A stretch of DNA of 64,000 nt from an uncultured Anaerolineales bacterium (GTDB taxonomy: Bacteria > Chloroflexota > Anaerolineae > Epilineales > Epilineaceae): the NCBI GenBank assembly GCA_964651245.1, contig CAZYVI010000010.1, positions 93,182 to 157,181 of the forward strand. The letters are read 5' to 3'. A program made the position numbers and the translations under genes. Within the stretch, counting starts at the first letter, position 1; every line of letters begins with the position of its first letter. The notes below the pieces were generated by a model that was not told the DNA's origin, ran no database searches, and saw nothing but the letters and a program-made list of their open reading frames with translations. This document shows, one piece after another, positions 28,746 to 39,353 of the stretch.

Positions 28746-29987
28746 ATGTCGCCCACTGCGCCTGTCCCGCCCCCCGCCGGCCGCCGCGCCCTCGCACCCG
28801 GCGGCCGACGCCAGCAGCGCGGCCGGTTCGCGCTGGCGCTCCTGGCGTACGCCGCGCTGACGGTGGTCGTGTTCGGGCTCGTCTTCCGCTACATGAAGCG
28901 GCTGGCGCGCCTGTACGGCTACGACATCGAAAACATCTGGCTGCAGTACGGCCTGGTGTGCCTGATCTTCCTGGTGTTCGTCGTCGGCGTCGACTGGGCG
29001 TTCGGCTGGCTGCCGGGACGGCCGCGGCCGCGGCTGCGGCGCGAGAACCGGCTGCGCCTGGCGCTGCTCGGCGGGCTGACGCTCGCGGCGATCGTCGCCG
29101 CCTACCAGTCGCGCTTTCCGAACGACCCCGAGATCGGCATCGACAAGGGGATCACCTACCTCATCGCCGGGGCGCTGGGCAGCTACGCCGGGGCGCTGGC
29201 CGCCACCTGGCGGACCTACGGCCTCGTCGAGGTCATCGCCCCGCCGCCGCCCGACGTCGTGCGCGCGGTGGCGGCGGCCCACGCGGGCGTGCCGCCGGCG
29301 CGGACGGCGTGGGACCGCGCCAAGCGCCTCTTCGACGCCGCGATCGCGCTCCTCATCCTGTTCGTCAGCCTGCCGATCTCGATCCCGCTGACGATGGCGC
29401 TGTGGTGGCAGGATCCCGGCCCGCTGCTCGTGGCCAAGGTGGCCGTGCGGCAGGGCGGCAAGAGCTTCCGCCAGCTCAAGCTCCGGACGATGGTCAAGAA
29501 CGCCGAGGCCGCCACCGGCCCGGTCCCCGCCGCGCCGACCGACGCCCGCGTGACGCGCCTCGGCGGGCTGTTGCGCCGGACGCACATCGACGAGCTGCCG
29601 CAGATGATCAACATCGCGCTCGGACAGATGAGCCTCGTCGGGCCGCGCCCCGAGCGGACCGTCTTCGTCGCCCGCCACCTGGTCCAGGTGCCCGGCTACG
29701 CCGAGCGCCACGCCGTGCCGCCCGGGCTCGCCGGCCTGGCCCAGGTCTACGGCGACTACTACAGCACGCCGCGCGAGAAGCTGCGCTACGACCGCCTCTA
29801 CATCCGCAAGCGCGGCCCCGCGCTCGACGTCCACCTGTTCCTGACCGCCGTCGCCCTCGCCTTCCTCGGCATCCGCCCCGGCGCCCGACACCGCCGCCGC
29901 GAGCGCCTCCGGCAGCGGGAGCAGGGCCGCCGCTACGGGCGGGCGTACGAGGCGCTGCGCGGCGAGCGGATGGACGGCCAGGGGTAG
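28746..29987 (+). CDS. undecaprenyl-phosphate sugar phosphotransferase (bacterial sugar transferase, WbaP/EpsL-like)
   Basis: N-terminal TM helices. RLFDAAIALLILFVSLPI, RQLKLRTM, DELPQMINIALGQMSLVGPRPE. TATCAT at 28732-28737 plus 8 nt precedes the ATG. Divergent from the TagA-like gene. Confidence 0.8.
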   Translation: MSPTAPVPPPAGRRALAPGGRRQQRGRFALALLAYAALTVVVFGLVFRYMKRLARLYGYDIENIWLQYGLVCLIFLVFVVGVDWAFGWLPGRPRPRLRRENRLRLALLGGLTLAAIVAAYQSRFPNDPEIGIDKGITYLIAGALGSYAGALAATWRTYGLVEVIAPPPPDVVRAVAAAHAGVPPARTAWDRAKRLFDAAIALLILFVSLPISIPLTMALWWQDPGPLLVAKVAVRQGGKSFRQLKLRTMVKNAEAATGPVPAAPTDARVTRLGGLLRRTHIDELPQMINIALGQMSLVGPRPERTVFVARHLVQVPGYAERHAVPPGLAGLAQVYGDYYSTPREKLRYDRLYIRKRGPALDVHLFLTAVALAFLGIRPGARHRRRERLRQREQGRRYGRAYEALRGERMDGQG

Positions 29988-30010
29988 CGGGAGCGGGGCG
30001 CGGCCGGCCG

Positions 30011-30505
30011 CTACCAGCGGTGCCACGCCGGGTGGCCTTCGCGCACCGCCACGAACACCCCGTCGCACGTCGCGCACAGCTCGCCCGCGGCGTCGAACAG
30101 CTCGCCGTGGACGTTGGCGCGGCGGTCGCTGGCGTCGGTGACGCGGGCGACGAGGTGGACCGGGCCGCCGGACGGCGTCGGGCGCAGCAGCTTGATGTGG
30201 TACTCGGCCGTCACGGTGCACGGCGGCTCGCTCGCCCCGGACCGGACCATGAGATGGTGGGCCGCCGTCCAGTTGCAGTGGCAGTCGAGCAGCGACCCGA
30301 TGATGCCGCCGTTGAGCATGCCCTCGAACGCCTCGTGGTACGGCTCGCCCTGCCAGTCGGCGACGACGGCGTCGCCCTCGACGCGGCTCTTGATGCGCAG
30401 CCCCCGGGCATTCGCCGGACCGCAGCCGAAGCAGATGCTGGCGGGGGCGTAGCGGTCCTGGAGGGCGAGCGGTGTTCGATCGGCGTCCGGCGGCACGTTC
30501 GTCAA
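30011..30505 (-). CDS. PaaI-family (hotdog-fold) thioesterase
   Basis: [14 protein letters not shown]...[23 protein letters not shown]...[16 protein letters not shown] start with GAGGAGG 6 nt upstream. The longer ORF to 30658 adds an Arg-rich N-terminus. Confidence 0.55.
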   Translation of the reverse strand: MTNVPPDADRTPLALQDRYAPASICFGCGPANARGLRIKSRVEGDAVVADWQGEPYHEAFEGMLNGGIIGSLLDCHCNWTAAHHLMVRSGASEPPCTVTAEYHIKLLRPTPSGGPVHLVARVTDASDRRANVHGELFDAAGELCATCDGVFVAVREGHPAWHRW

Positions 30506-30651
30506 CTCAAGCCTCCTCACCCCTGTCGATCGAGGTTCGGCCCTCAGCCTACCACAACCATCGCCGCCGCGGCGCCGGGCGTCGGGGCGGCGACCGCCGC
30601 CGCGGACCACCCATCCGCATCGACGCCCGCGCGATGCGGTATCCTGGGCCG

Positions 30652-33297
30652 ATGGCACCGCGACCGCGCCCGCCGCTCCCCCCGCTGCCCGTCGAGCGCA
30701 CCGCCCTCATCGGCCGCGACGAGGCGCGCCGCGCCGTGGCCGAGCGGCTGGCGCGGCCCGACGTCGGGCTGGTGACGATCACCGGGCCCGGCGGCGCCGG
30801 CAAGACGCGCCTCGCCCTCGCCGTCGCCGCCGACGTGCGCGATCAGTTCCCCGACGGCGTCGCGCTGGCGCCCCTGGCCGCCCTCGCCGACCCCGCCCGC
30901 GTGCCCGACGCCCTCGGCGCCGCCGTCGGCCTGGCCGAGGCCGACGGCGCGGCCGCCGTCGCCGCGGCCATCGGCGACGCGTCGCTCCTGCTCGTCGTCG
31001 ACAACTTCGAGCACGTCACGTCCGCCGCGCCGGTCGTCGCCGACCTCCTCGCGGCCTGCCCGGGCCTCAAGGTCGTGGCGACGAGCCGCGAGCCCCTCGG
31101 TCTCTACGGCGAGCACGAGCTGCCGCTGGCGCCGTTCGACGTGCCCCGCCTCGACCAGCTGCCGGCCGGGCGCGGCGTCGCCGACGTCCTGCCGGCGCTC
31201 GCCCGCAGCCCGGCCATCGCCTTGCTCGTCGAGCGCGCCCGCGCCGTGCGGCCCGACTTCGCGCTGACCGCCGCCAACGCGCCGGCTATCGTCGACATCT
31301 GCCGCCGGCTCGACGGGCTGCCGCTGGCCATCGAGCTGGCGGCCGGCCGGCTGCGGCTGCTCGACCCGGCCGCGCTGGCCGACCGCCTGGCCGAGAGCCT
31401 CGACGTCCTGGGCGTCGGGCCGCGCGACCGGCCGGCCCGCCAGCAGACGCTGCGCGGCGCCATCGACTGGAGCTACCGGCTGCTCGAGCCCGACGAGCAG
31501 GCCCTGTTCCGCAGCCTCGGCGCGTTCGCCGGCGCCGTCGGCGTCGCGGCGGCGGCGGCGGTGCGCGCGGCGCTGCCGGATGGCGGGGCGGTGGTCGAGC
31601 CCGGCCCGGCGGCCAACGGCGGGCGGTCCGGCGACGGGGCGGCGGTCGAGGCGGGGCTGGCGTCGCTGGCGGCCAAGAGCCTGGTGCGGCCGCAGCCGGG
31701 ACCCGGTCGTCCCCGCTTCGAGCTGCTGGCGATGCTGCGCGCCTACGCCGTCGAGGCGTTGCGCGCAGCGGGCGAGCACGACGCCGTGCGCCGCGCCCTG
31801 CTGCGGTGGTGCCTCGACGAGGCGCGCGACGCGGCGGCGGCGCTCGAGTCGGCCGAGCCGCGCACCGGGGTCGAGCGGATCGTGGCCGAGCACGACAACC
31901 TCGGCGCCGTCCTGGCGTGGTCGCTGGGCGGTGGCGTCGACGCCGCTGTGGCGCAGGACGGCGCGCGGCTGGCCATCGCCTTGGAGCGGTTCTGGCTGGT
32001 GCGCGGCCGGCCGGCCGAAGGCCAGCGCTGGTGCGCCCGCGCCGCCGCCGTCCTCGACGCCAGCCCCGGCGCCGCGCCGCGCGAGCGGCTGGCCGCGCAC
32101 CGCGCCACCGGCCGCTTCGCCTACCTGCGCCACGACGTCGCCGCCGCCTCCGAGGCGCTCGACGCGGCGATGGCGCTGGCCCGGGTGATCGGCGACGACC
32201 TCGAGGCGGCCCGGACGCTGCACAGCCTGGGCACGCTAGCGCGCAACGTCGGCCGGCTCGACGACGCGCGCGCGTGCTACGCCGAGGCGCTGATCCTGGG
32301 CCGGCAGGCCGGCGCCGCGCGCGAGCCGGCGATCAGCCTCTACAACCTGGGCGCGCTGGCGATGCTCGACGGCGACCTGCCGGCGGCCGAGGCCGCCTTG
32401 ACCGAGAGCCTGGCGCTGGCCGTGGCCGCTGGCGATGTCCGCGGCGAAGTTTTCGGCCGCAGCGCGCTCGGGACGTTGGCGGCCTGGCGCGGGCACGCCG
32501 ACGCGGCCGTCACCGCCCTCGAGGCCGCGCTGGCGCTGGCCGAGCGGCACGGCTTCCGCGACCACGCCGTTGGGCACGCCAGCCTTGCGCTCTCGGCGGT
32601 CGAGCACGGCCTCGGGCGGGTCGATCGGGCGGCGGCCGTTCTGGCCGCGGCGCTGGTCCGGCGCGTCGACGACGCCGTCGCGACCGCCCACCTGGTCTGG
32701 GCGGTGGCGAACCTCGTCGGCTGGCCGGCGACGGTGCCGATCGACGACGCGGCCGGGCCGCTCGCGGCGCGCCGCCGGCGGCCCGACGCGCGCCGATCGC
32801 GCGACGCGGCGGCGCTGGCGACGGCCCTGCGCCTCGTGGCCGCGGCCGAGGCCGTCGCGCCGCTGGCCGACGTCTTCGGGGCCGAAGACGCCGCGGTCGC
32901 CGACGCCAACCGCACCGCGCTGCGGACGGCGCTCGGCCCGGCGGCGGCGTCCATCGAGGCGGACGGGGCGGCGCTGGACATCGAAGCCGCTGTGGCCGAG
33001 GCCCTGGCGGCCTGTCGCCGGCTGGCCGAGGCGGCCCCGACGCCGCCGGCCGGGTGGGCGAACGACGACGCCACGCCCGAGGACGGTGGGCGCCGCGCCG
33101 ACATGCGCGCCATGCTCAGCGAGCGCGAGTGGGAGGTCGCCGAGCGCATCGCCGCCGGGCGCACCTACCGCCAGATCGCCGACGAGCTCGCGATCGTGCC
33201 GAAGACCGTCGAAAAGCACGTCGGCAGCGCGCTGGCCAAGCTGGGGCTGGCCAACCGGACCCAGCTGGCGTTGTGGGTGCGGGGGCGCACCGGGTAG
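30652..33297 (+). CDS. LuxR-family transcriptional regulator with an N-terminal NB-ARC/AAA (STAND) NTPase and TPR repeats
   Basis: Walker [12 protein letters not shown], Walker [18 protein letters not shown], and the LPLAIELAA helical domain. Long TPR-like Ala/Leu repeats. C-terminal [51 protein letters not shown] plus 6 nt precedes the ATG at 30652. Confidence 0.8.
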   Translation: MAPRPRPPLPPLPVERTALIGRDEARRAVAERLARPDVGLVTITGPGGAGKTRLALAVAADVRDQFPDGVALAPLAALADPARVPDALGAAVGLAEADGAAAVAAAIGDASLLLVVDNFEHVTSAAPVVADLLAACPGLKVVATSREPLGLYGEHELPLAPFDVPRLDQLPAGRGVADVLPALARSPAIALLVERARAVRPDFALTAANAPAIVDICRRLDGLPLAIELAAGRLRLLDPAALADRLAESLDVLGVGPRDRPARQQTLRGAIDWSYRLLEPDEQALFRSLGAFAGAVGVAAAAAVRAALPDGGAVVEPGPAANGGRSGDGAAVEAGLASLAAKSLVRPQPGPGRPRFELLAMLRAYAVEALRAAGEHDAVRRALLRWCLDEARDAAAALESAEPRTGVERIVAEHDNLGAVLAWSLGGGVDAAVAQDGARLAIALERFWLVRGRPAEGQRWCARAAAVLDASPGAAPRERLAAHRATGRFAYLRHDVAAASEALDAAMALARVIGDDLEAARTLHSLGTLARNVGRLDDARACYAEALILGRQAGAAREPAISLYNLGALAMLDGDLPAAEAALTESLALAVAAGDVRGEVFGRSALGTLAAWRGHADAAVTALEAALALAERHGFRDHAVGHASLALSAVEHGLGRVDRAAAVLAAALVRRVDDAVATAHLVWAVANLVGWPATVPIDDAAGPLAARRRRPDARRSRDAAALATALRLVAAAEAVAPLADVFGAEDAAVADANRTALRTALGPAAASIEADGAALDIEAAVAEALAACRRLAEAAPTPPAGWANDDATPEDGGRRADMRAMLSEREWEVAERIAAGRTYRQIADELAIVPKTVEKHVGSALAKLGLANRTQLALWVRGRTG

Positions 33298-33360
33298 GAC
33301 GCGCGACCGCGCCGCCACATGCGATCGACCCGGGTCGCCGAGGGTCGCCCGCGAGGTGAA

Positions 33361-33830
33361 TGTAGGGGCACCCCTTGTGGGTGCCTATAGGCGACAAGGT
33401 AGCGGCCGCACGTAGATGATCGCGCTGCCGTCCGATCACCCGGCGATGAATCGCCGGGCTACAACAACGACGCCGGCTGAAGCCGGCAACAGGCAGCAAC
33501 ACGTATCGCGACGTGCCGTTTGGTTCCTCACTCCTCACCGCCGCTGAACCGTCCAAGCGGCCCCGGCTTCTCTGACCTAGGCGAGACCGCTGAAGGTCCG
33601 CCCGTAGCCGGCTTCAGCCGGCGTCGTTCCTGTAGCCCGGCCGTTCACGGCCGGGCGGGGCGGGGCGGGAACCGGACCACGCCGTGGCCGCTACCTTGTC
33701 GCCTATGGGGCACCCCTTGTGGGTGCCCTTCGCCCACCATGCGACCACCCTTCGCCCACCAGGCGAATACCATGCGACCGACGATGGTCGTGCAACGTGC
33801 GAAGGGCACCCACAAGGGGTGCCCCTACGC
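33361..33830. repeat. nested inverted-repeat element (MITE/SNR-like) in a convergent intergenic region
   Basis: gggcaccccttgtgggtgcc-tataggcgacaaggtagcggcc (33365-33407) is inverted against ggccgctaccttgtcgcctat-ggggcaccccttgtgggtgccc (33686-33727). An inner inverted repeat centres on the palindromic gccggctgaagccggc (about 33468-33492 against 33600-33636). A third copy of the gggcacccacaaggggtgccc hairpin lies at about 33800-33823. Direct repeats ttcgcccacc...atgcgacc lie at 33729-33780. No coding potential. Confidence 0.5.
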
Positions 33831-33858
33831 GGATGTCGTGACGAACGACAACGCCCCG

Positions 33859-34761
33859 CTAACCCCCCACCCGGTCGCGCGTCCGGCCGCGGCGGGCGCG
33901 CTTCTCGAGGAACTCGATGATGGCGCTGGCGACGTCGACGCCGCTGGCGGCCTCGATCCCCTCGAGGCCGGGCGACGAGTTGACCTCGATGACGAGCGGC
34001 CCGTGGTTGCTGCGCAACAGGTCGACGCCGGCCACGTTCAGGCCCAGCGTCTTGCAGGCGCGCACCGCCGTCGTCCGCTCCACCGGGCGCAGGCGGATGG
34101 CGCTGGCCGAGCCGCCGCGGTGGAGGTTGCTGCGGAACTCGCCCTCGGCCGCCTGCCGGCGCATCGCCGCCACCACCCGGCCGCCGACGACGAAGGCGCG
34201 GATGTCGGCGCCGCCGGCTTCGGCGATGAACTCCTGGAGCAGGATGTTGGCGTCGAGCTGTCGGAAGGCGGCGATGACCGACTCGGCCGCGTTGCGCGTC
34301 TCGGCCAGGACGACGCCCATCCCCTGGGTGCCCTCGAGCAGCTTGACGACGAACGGCGGCGAGCCGACGCTGTCGATCAGGCCCTGGATGTCCTTCGTGG
34401 CGTGGGCGAAGCCGGTGACGGGCAGGCCGACCCCCTCGCGGCTCAGCAGCTGCAGGCTGCGCAGCTTGTCGCGCGAGCGCGAGATCGCCTGCGACTCGTT
34501 GGCGGCGAAGACGCCCATCATCTCGAACTGGCGCACCACCGCCGTACCGTAGAACGTGTAGCTGGCGCCGATGCGCGGGATGATCGCGTCGAAGTCGAGC
34601 GTCTTGCCGCCGAGGATGACGGACGGCTTCTGCGACGTGATGTTCATGTAGCAGCGCAGATAGTCCACCACCTGGACCTCGTGGCCGCGCGCCTCGGCGG
34701 CCTCGCGCAGGCGGGAGGTGGAGTAGAGCGAGGCGCGGCGCGACAGGATGCCGATCTTCAC
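33859..34761 (-). CDS. rimK: ribosomal protein S6 modification protein RimK (alpha-L-glutamate ligase, ATP-grasp)
   Basis: Collinear match to recalled E. coli RimK: [91 protein letters not shown] start with GGAGAA 6 nt upstream. Confidence 0.9.
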   Translation of the reverse strand: MKIGILSRRASLYSTSRLREAAEARGHEVQVVDYLRCYMNITSQKPSVILGGKTLDFDAIIPRIGASYTFYGTAVVRQFEMMGVFAANESQAISRSRDKLRSLQLLSREGVGLPVTGFAHATKDIQGLIDSVGSPPFVVKLLEGTQGMGVVLAETRNAAESVIAAFRQLDANILLQEFIAEAGGADIRAFVVGGRVVAAMRRQAAEGEFRSNLHRGGSASAIRLRPVERTTAVRACKTLGLNVAGVDLLRSNHGPLVIEVNSSPGLEGIEAASGVDVASAIIEFLEKRARRGRTRDRVGG

Positions 34762-35258
34762 GCGGGGTTCTCCGGGGCGGGGGTGGGCGCGCGGTCGTCG
34801 CCGGACATCGGCTCGCGCGCGGTCTGGAGGAACGAGCGGCCGCTGTGGACCAGGAAGCGGCGGCGCAGCGCCTGGCGGCCGAGGAGCAACCGGAAGCCCA
34901 TAACGTCGCGCCGCACCAGCGTCAGGTCGATCGGGTAGCGGTGGTCGCCCACCACGAGCGTCGTCGAGATCACCGGCCGGAACGTGAGCTTGCCGCTGGA
35001 CGAGCGCACCCACTTCATGCCCGCCAGCGGCGCGGCGCAGGCCACGATCGTGTCGTCGTCGCCCTGCACCGGATGGACCTGGAACCGCACCCAGCGCTCG
35101 CCGTCGCGCGCGAACCGCTTCACGTCCCAGGCGTGCAGCGCCGACGACCGCGCGCCGGTGTCGACCTTGGCCTTGACGGCCGCGATGCCGAGATCGGGCA
35201 GGGCCACCCACTCCCGCCACCCGATCGTCTCGAGCGTGCGCCGCGCGCGTTTGACCAC
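34758..35258 (-). CDS. RimK-associated ATP-dependent zinc protease (retropepsin-like, DUF785/PF05618)
   Basis: [36 protein letters not shown] start with GGAGGT 5 nt upstream. The stop overlaps the rimK start as GTGA. Confidence 0.7.
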   Translation of the reverse strand: MVKRARRTLETIGWREWVALPDLGIAAVKAKVDTGARSSALHAWDVKRFARDGERWVRFQVHPVQGDDDTIVACAAPLAGMKWVRSSSGKLTFRPVISTTLVVGDHRYPIDLTLVRRDVMGFRLLLGRQALRRRFLVHSGRSFLQTAREPMSGDDRAPTPAPENPA

Positions 35259-35377
35259 CCCCACCTCCGCGTCTCGGCGGCCCACGAAGGGGCGGGCTTG
35301 GCCGCGCGCCGCGATGATGCCACCACGCCACCGGGCGCGCCACCGGGCGCAACGGCCCCGCGGCGCCCCGCCCGCCC

Positions 35378-38227
35378 TCAGGTAGGCGGCGCCGTGGCCA
35401 GCGCGACCGCGTCGTCGGCCGACAACGCCTCGCCCTCGGCCACGGCGGCCGCGGCGGCGTCGGCGCCGAGGGCGGCGACGACGGACGCTGTGTCGGCATC
35501 GCACTTGGGCACCTCGCGCGGCGTCAGGTGGGCGCCGATCCGATGCCGCAGACCGGCTGCGGCGCCGAACAGCCGCGCCGCCGCGATCGGGTTGCCCTCC
35601 GCCAGCGCCAGCCGGCCCAGCGGCGGCAGGACGCGCGACAACCCGCGCGGGTCGCCGGCGTCGAGGCGCAGCCGCGCCGCGGCGCCGAGCTCGGCGCGGG
35701 CGGCGGCCAGGTCGCCTTGGGCCAGCCGGATGTCGCCGCGGGTGTGGTGGATCGTGGCCAGCGTCCAGATGTCCTCGACGGCTTCGGCCAGCGGCCGCGC
35801 CTCGTCGAGCCAGGCCTCGGCGGCCGCCAGGTCGCGGGCGTCGGCGTCGATCCCCGCCAGGTTGATCAGCGTCGCCGCCATGCCCTCGCGGTCGTCGAGT
35901 TCGCGCTGGATGGCCAGGGCGGCGGCGAAGTGGTCCCGCGCTTCGGCCATGTCGCCGCGCTCGGCGGTGACGATGCCCAGACCGTGCAGCACGCCGGCCT
36001 CGGCGTAGCGGTCGCCCAGGCGCCGGGCGACGACCAGGTTGAGGCGCGCCGCATCGGCCGCGGCGTCGAGGTCGCCTTCGTCGACCGCCACGAGGCCGAG
36101 GTTGTGGACGATCCGCAGCGCCAGCGCGTCGTCGCCGCAGGCCTCGGCCAGCGCCCGGGCCTCGCCGAGGGCGGCGCGGGCGGCGGCGAAGTCGCCGCGC
36201 AGCCACGTCAGGACGCCGAGGCCGTTCATCGCCCGCGCGCGGGCGTTGGAGGCGCGGCCGGCGGCCGGGTTGGACAGGGCCCGGCGCAGGTAGGCTTGGC
36301 CTTCCTGGAGGTGGCCCCGCAGGTACCAGTAGCGCCAGAGGTCGGCGGCCATCGCCACCGCGGCGTCGGCCTGTCCGCGGGCGATGAGGTGGTCGAGGGC
36401 GGCGCGCAGGTTGGCGTGCTCGGCTGCCAGACGCTCGAGCCAGAGCGCCTGCTCGCCACCGACGACGTGCTGCCGGCCGGCATCGGCCATCGCCGCCAGC
36501 GCCGCGGCGTGCCGGTCGGCCACCGCCTCGGCCTCGCCGGCCGCGGCGAGCAGGTCGGCGGCGTACTCGATGACGACCTGGAACAGCGTGAACCGGGCGG
36601 AATCGCCCGCGGGCGCCGGCTGGACCAGGCTCATGTCGACGAGCGCCGTCAGCGACGTGAAGACGTCGAGCGGACTGGTCTCGGGGTCGACCGGGGCGGC
36701 GCAGATGGACTCGGCCAGCTCGATCGTCCAGCCGCCGCGGAAGACGGCCAGGCGGCGGAACAGCCGGCGCTCGTCGGGCCCGAGCAGGGCGTGGCTCCAG
36801 TCGAGGGTGGCGGCCAACGTCTGCTGCCGCGCCGGCAGGTCGCGCCGCGCCCCGCCGAGCTCGGCCAGCCGGCCTTCGAGGCGCGCCAGCAGCGCGGCCG
36901 GCGGCAGCATGCGCACCCGGGCCGCGGCCAGCTCGATCGCCAGCGGCACGCCGTCGAGACGGCGACAGATCGCCTCGACGGCCGCCGCGTTGTCGGCGGT
37001 GAGCGCGAAGTCGGCGTCGGTGGCGCGGGCGCGATCGACGAACAGCATCACGGCCGGGCTGGCGGCGACGGCGGCCACGGCATCGGCGTCGAGCCCGCGG
37101 GCGCTGCCGGCGGCGGCGTCGGGCAGGCGGTCGAGGTCGTCGAGGTCGTCGTCCGCTGCCGGCAGCGCCAGCGGGCCGAGGGCCACCTCGTGCTCGCCGC
37201 GCACCCGCAGCGGGGCGCGGCTGGTGACGATCAGCCGCAGCGACGGGCAGGCTTCGAGCAACGCGGCGAGGTCGGGGCCGACCGCCACGATCTGCTCGAG
37301 GTTGTCGAGCACCAGCAGCGTGCGGCGCTCGGCCAGGCGCGCCGTGAGCACCTCGGCCAGCGGCGTGCTGCCGCCCTCGGCGACGCCGAGCGCGGCCGCC
37401 AGGGCCGGCAGGACGAGGGCTGGATCGTCGATCGCGGCCAGCGGCACGAAGAAGGCGCCGTCGGGGAAGTCGTCGAGGGCCTCGGCGGCCAGCTGCAGCG
37501 CCAGCCGCGACTTGCCGATGCCGCCCGGTCCGGTCAGCGTCACAAGCCGGGCGTCGGGGCGGTCGAGGAGGGCGTGGACCTCGGCGACCTCGGCGGCGCG
37601 GTCGATGAGCGGCGTCAGCGCCTGCGGCAGGTTGTGGGGGTGGGCGTCGAGCGTCTTCAGCGCCGGGAACGCCGCCGGCAGGTCATCCACGACCGCTTGG
37701 TGGACCTCCTCCGGCGCCAGCAGGTCGCGCAGCCGGTGCGCGCCGAGCGACTGCAGCGCCACGCCCGAGGGCAGGTGGTCGCGCACCAGCAGCGCCACCG
37801 CCTGGCTGAGCAGGATCTGGCCGCCGTAGCCGGCCGCCATGAGCCGCGCCAGACGGTTGAGGCACGGCGCCACGTAGTCGCCGCGATGCGGTGCGGCCTC
37901 GCCGGCGTGGACCGCCATCCGCACCGCCAGCGGCCCGTCGGGCCCCCAGTCCGCCGTCGCCAGGGCGCGCTGGGCGTCGACGGCCGCGGCGAGGGCGTCG
38001 GGGGCGGTGTGGAACGCGGCCTGGACGGCGTCGCCGACGCGCTTGAACCAGACGCCGCCGTGCGCGGCGATCGCGCGCTCGACGATCGCGTCGTGCCGGG
38101 CCAGGGCGGCGCGCATGGCCGCGGCGTCGCGCTCCCAGCGGGCCGTGCTGCCCTGGATGTCGGTGAACAGGAAGGCGACGGTGCCGGTGGGCCAGGCGGG
38201 GGCGGCGTCGCCGGGCCGGGCGGTCAG
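35378..38227 (-). CDS. class III adenylate/guanylate cyclase domain fused to an NB-ARC (STAND) NTPase and a long TPR array; no HTH; start codon uncertain
   Basis: Cyclase motifs [44 protein letters not shown] motifs [39 protein letters not shown]. More than ten TPR-like repeats follow. No in-frame ATG or GTG lies upstream of the cyclase domain; only a CTG at 38225-38227, which overlaps the upstream gene's stop. Confidence 0.75.
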   Translation of the reverse strand: MTARPGDAAPAWPTGTVAFLFTDIQGSTARWERDAAAMRAALARHDAIVERAIAAHGGVWFKRVGDAVQAAFHTAPDALAAAVDAQRALATADWGPDGPLAVRMAVHAGEAAPHRGDYVAPCLNRLARLMAAGYGGQILLSQAVALLVRDHLPSGVALQSLGAHRLRDLLAPEEVHQAVVDDLPAAFPALKTLDAHPHNLPQALTPLIDRAAEVAEVHALLDRPDARLVTLTGPGGIGKSRLALQLAAEALDDFPDGAFFVPLAAIDDPALVLPALAAALGVAEGGSTPLAEVLTARLAERRTLLVLDNLEQIVAVGPDLAALLEACPSLRLIVTSRAPLRVRGEHEVALGPLALPAADDDLDDLDRLPDAAAGSARGLDADAVAAVAASPAVMLFVDRARATDADFALTADNAAAVEAICRRLDGVPLAIELAAARVRMLPPAALLARLEGRLAELGGARRDLPARQQTLAATLDWSHALLGPDERRLFRRLAVFRGGWTIELAESICAAPVDPETSPLDVFTSLTALVDMSLVQPAPAGDSARFTLFQVVIEYAADLLAAAGEAEAVADRHAAALAAMADAGRQHVVGGEQALWLERLAAEHANLRAALDHLIARGQADAAVAMAADLWRYWYLRGHLQEGQAYLRRALSNPAAGRASNARARAMNGLGVLTWLRGDFAAARAALGEARALAEACGDDALALRIVHNLGLVAVDEGDLDAAADAARLNLVVARRLGDRYAEAGVLHGLGIVTAERGDMAEARDHFAAALAIQRELDDREGMAATLINLAGIDADARDLAAAEAWLDEARPLAEAVEDIWTLATIHHTRGDIRLAQGDLAAARAELGAAARLRLDAGDPRGLSRVLPPLGRLALAEGNPIAAARLFGAAAGLRHRIGAHLTPREVPKCDADTASVVAALGADAAAAAVAEGEALSADDAVALATAPPT

Positions 38228-38790
38228 CGGACGAGCTCCGCCGCCAGCCCGACCGCCAGCAGTCCCAGGCCGAGCAGGACGAACAGCGACGCCTGGTTGA
38301 AGGCACGCAGCTTGGCGTTCGTGATCACGGCGTTGGCGACGATCTGGCCGGCCAGCGCGACGTGCAGCGGGTGGTCGGCCGGCGCGTAGCCCGTGGCGCC
38401 GCCGTAGCGGGCGGCGACCTCGGCGGCGAGCTCGTCGGGCGTGTAGGCCGCCAGGTGGCCGCTGTAGAACAGGTTGTCGTGCGGCTCGCCGCGGCGGGGG
38501 CGCGACGGCCGCAGCCGCGGCGGGCCGTGCGGCCGGAACGACCACACCGCGGTGGCCAGCGCCGCCAGGAACGCCAGCTCGGCGGCGCCGAACGCGGCCA
38601 CCGCCGGCGCCGGCATGTTGTCGGCGCCGCGCAGCAGGCTGATCATCGCCGCGTTCGCCGTGCCCGTCAGGGCGGAGACGGCCAGGTTCTTGGCCTCGGC
38701 GAACCGCAGCCAGGCGTCGACGCGGTCGAGGATGTCGGCCAGGAGGTCGCCGGTCGGGCCGGCGTCGGCGGCCGGCGCGCGGGCGGTCAT
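38224..38790 (-). CDS. hypothetical membrane protein (188 aa; hydrophobic segments plus a C-terminal TM anchor)
   Basis: MTARAPAADAGPTGDLLADILDRVDAWLRFAEAKN..., hydrophobic stretches, then the C-terminal SLFVLLGLGLLAVGLAAELV. Its ATG overlaps the upstream stop as ATGA at 38787-38790, and its stop overlaps the cyclase CTG. Confidence 0.5.
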   Translation of the reverse strand: MTARAPAADAGPTGDLLADILDRVDAWLRFAEAKNLAVSALTGTANAAMISLLRGADNMPAPAVAAFGAAELAFLAALATAVWSFRPHGPPRLRPSRPRRGEPHDNLFYSGHLAAYTPDELAAEVAARYGGATGYAPADHPLHVALAGQIVANAVITNAKLRAFNQASLFVLLGLGLLAVGLAAELVR

Positions 38791-39218
38791 GCCGCCGGCC
38801 AGAACCGCGTGACGAGCTCGTCGACGATCGGGACGAGCAGCACCGTCGTGGCCAGGATGGCCGGCGTCACCCCTTCGTCGAGGCCGAACAGGTCGCCGCC
38901 GGCCGAGGTGACGCTGACGGCCCAGCCGACGTAGGCCACGCCCGCCAACGCGTAGAAGTACCACGGCCCGCGGGTCTGCTGCTCGCGCAGCCGCGTCGCC
39001 AGCAGGTAGAGGACGGTGCCGACGAGGCCGATGCCGAAGACCGCCCAGCGCCAGGCGGCGGCGCTGTCCGGCAGGTTGGCGTACGTCGGCACGTAGAACG
39101 CCAGCACCTCGGCCGGGACGTACTTCGTCAGCTTGCTCGGCAGCGTGTCGGCCTCGCCGCCGGCGTCGGCGGCGCGCACGCGCTGGCTGTCGGGGGCGTA
39201 GACGATGGCGCGGGGCAT
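38787..39218 (-). CDS. hypothetical small membrane protein (143 aa, 3 TM helices)
   Basis: MPRAIVYAPDSQ... then WRWAVFGIGLVGTVLYLL, PWYFYALAGVAYVGWAV, VTPAILATTVLLVPIV. Strong RBS: GAGGAGG 5 nt upstream of the ATG at 39216-39218. Confidence 0.55.
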   Translation of the reverse strand: MPRAIVYAPDSQRVRAADAGGEADTLPSKLTKYVPAEVLAFYVPTYANLPDSAAAWRWAVFGIGLVGTVLYLLATRLREQQTRGPWYFYALAGVAYVGWAVSVTSAGGDLFGLDEGVTPAILATTVLLVPIVDELVTRFWPAA

Positions 39219-39353
39219 CGGGTCCTCCTCGGGGCGAACGGAGAAGCGCGGGCCAGTGTAGGCCGGCGGGGGGCGGGTCGCAAGGGCGGCGACGGGGGTG
39301 GTATCATCGACCGGCTCGACCGACACCGTCCCCACCAACGAGGAGCCCCTGCC

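Noticed and set aside
38224-38964. Longer version of the 188-aa gene starting at 38964.
   Set aside because: The first 58 codons are Arg-rich and lack an RBS. The ATG at 38790 overlaps the upstream stop in a classic ATGA junction.
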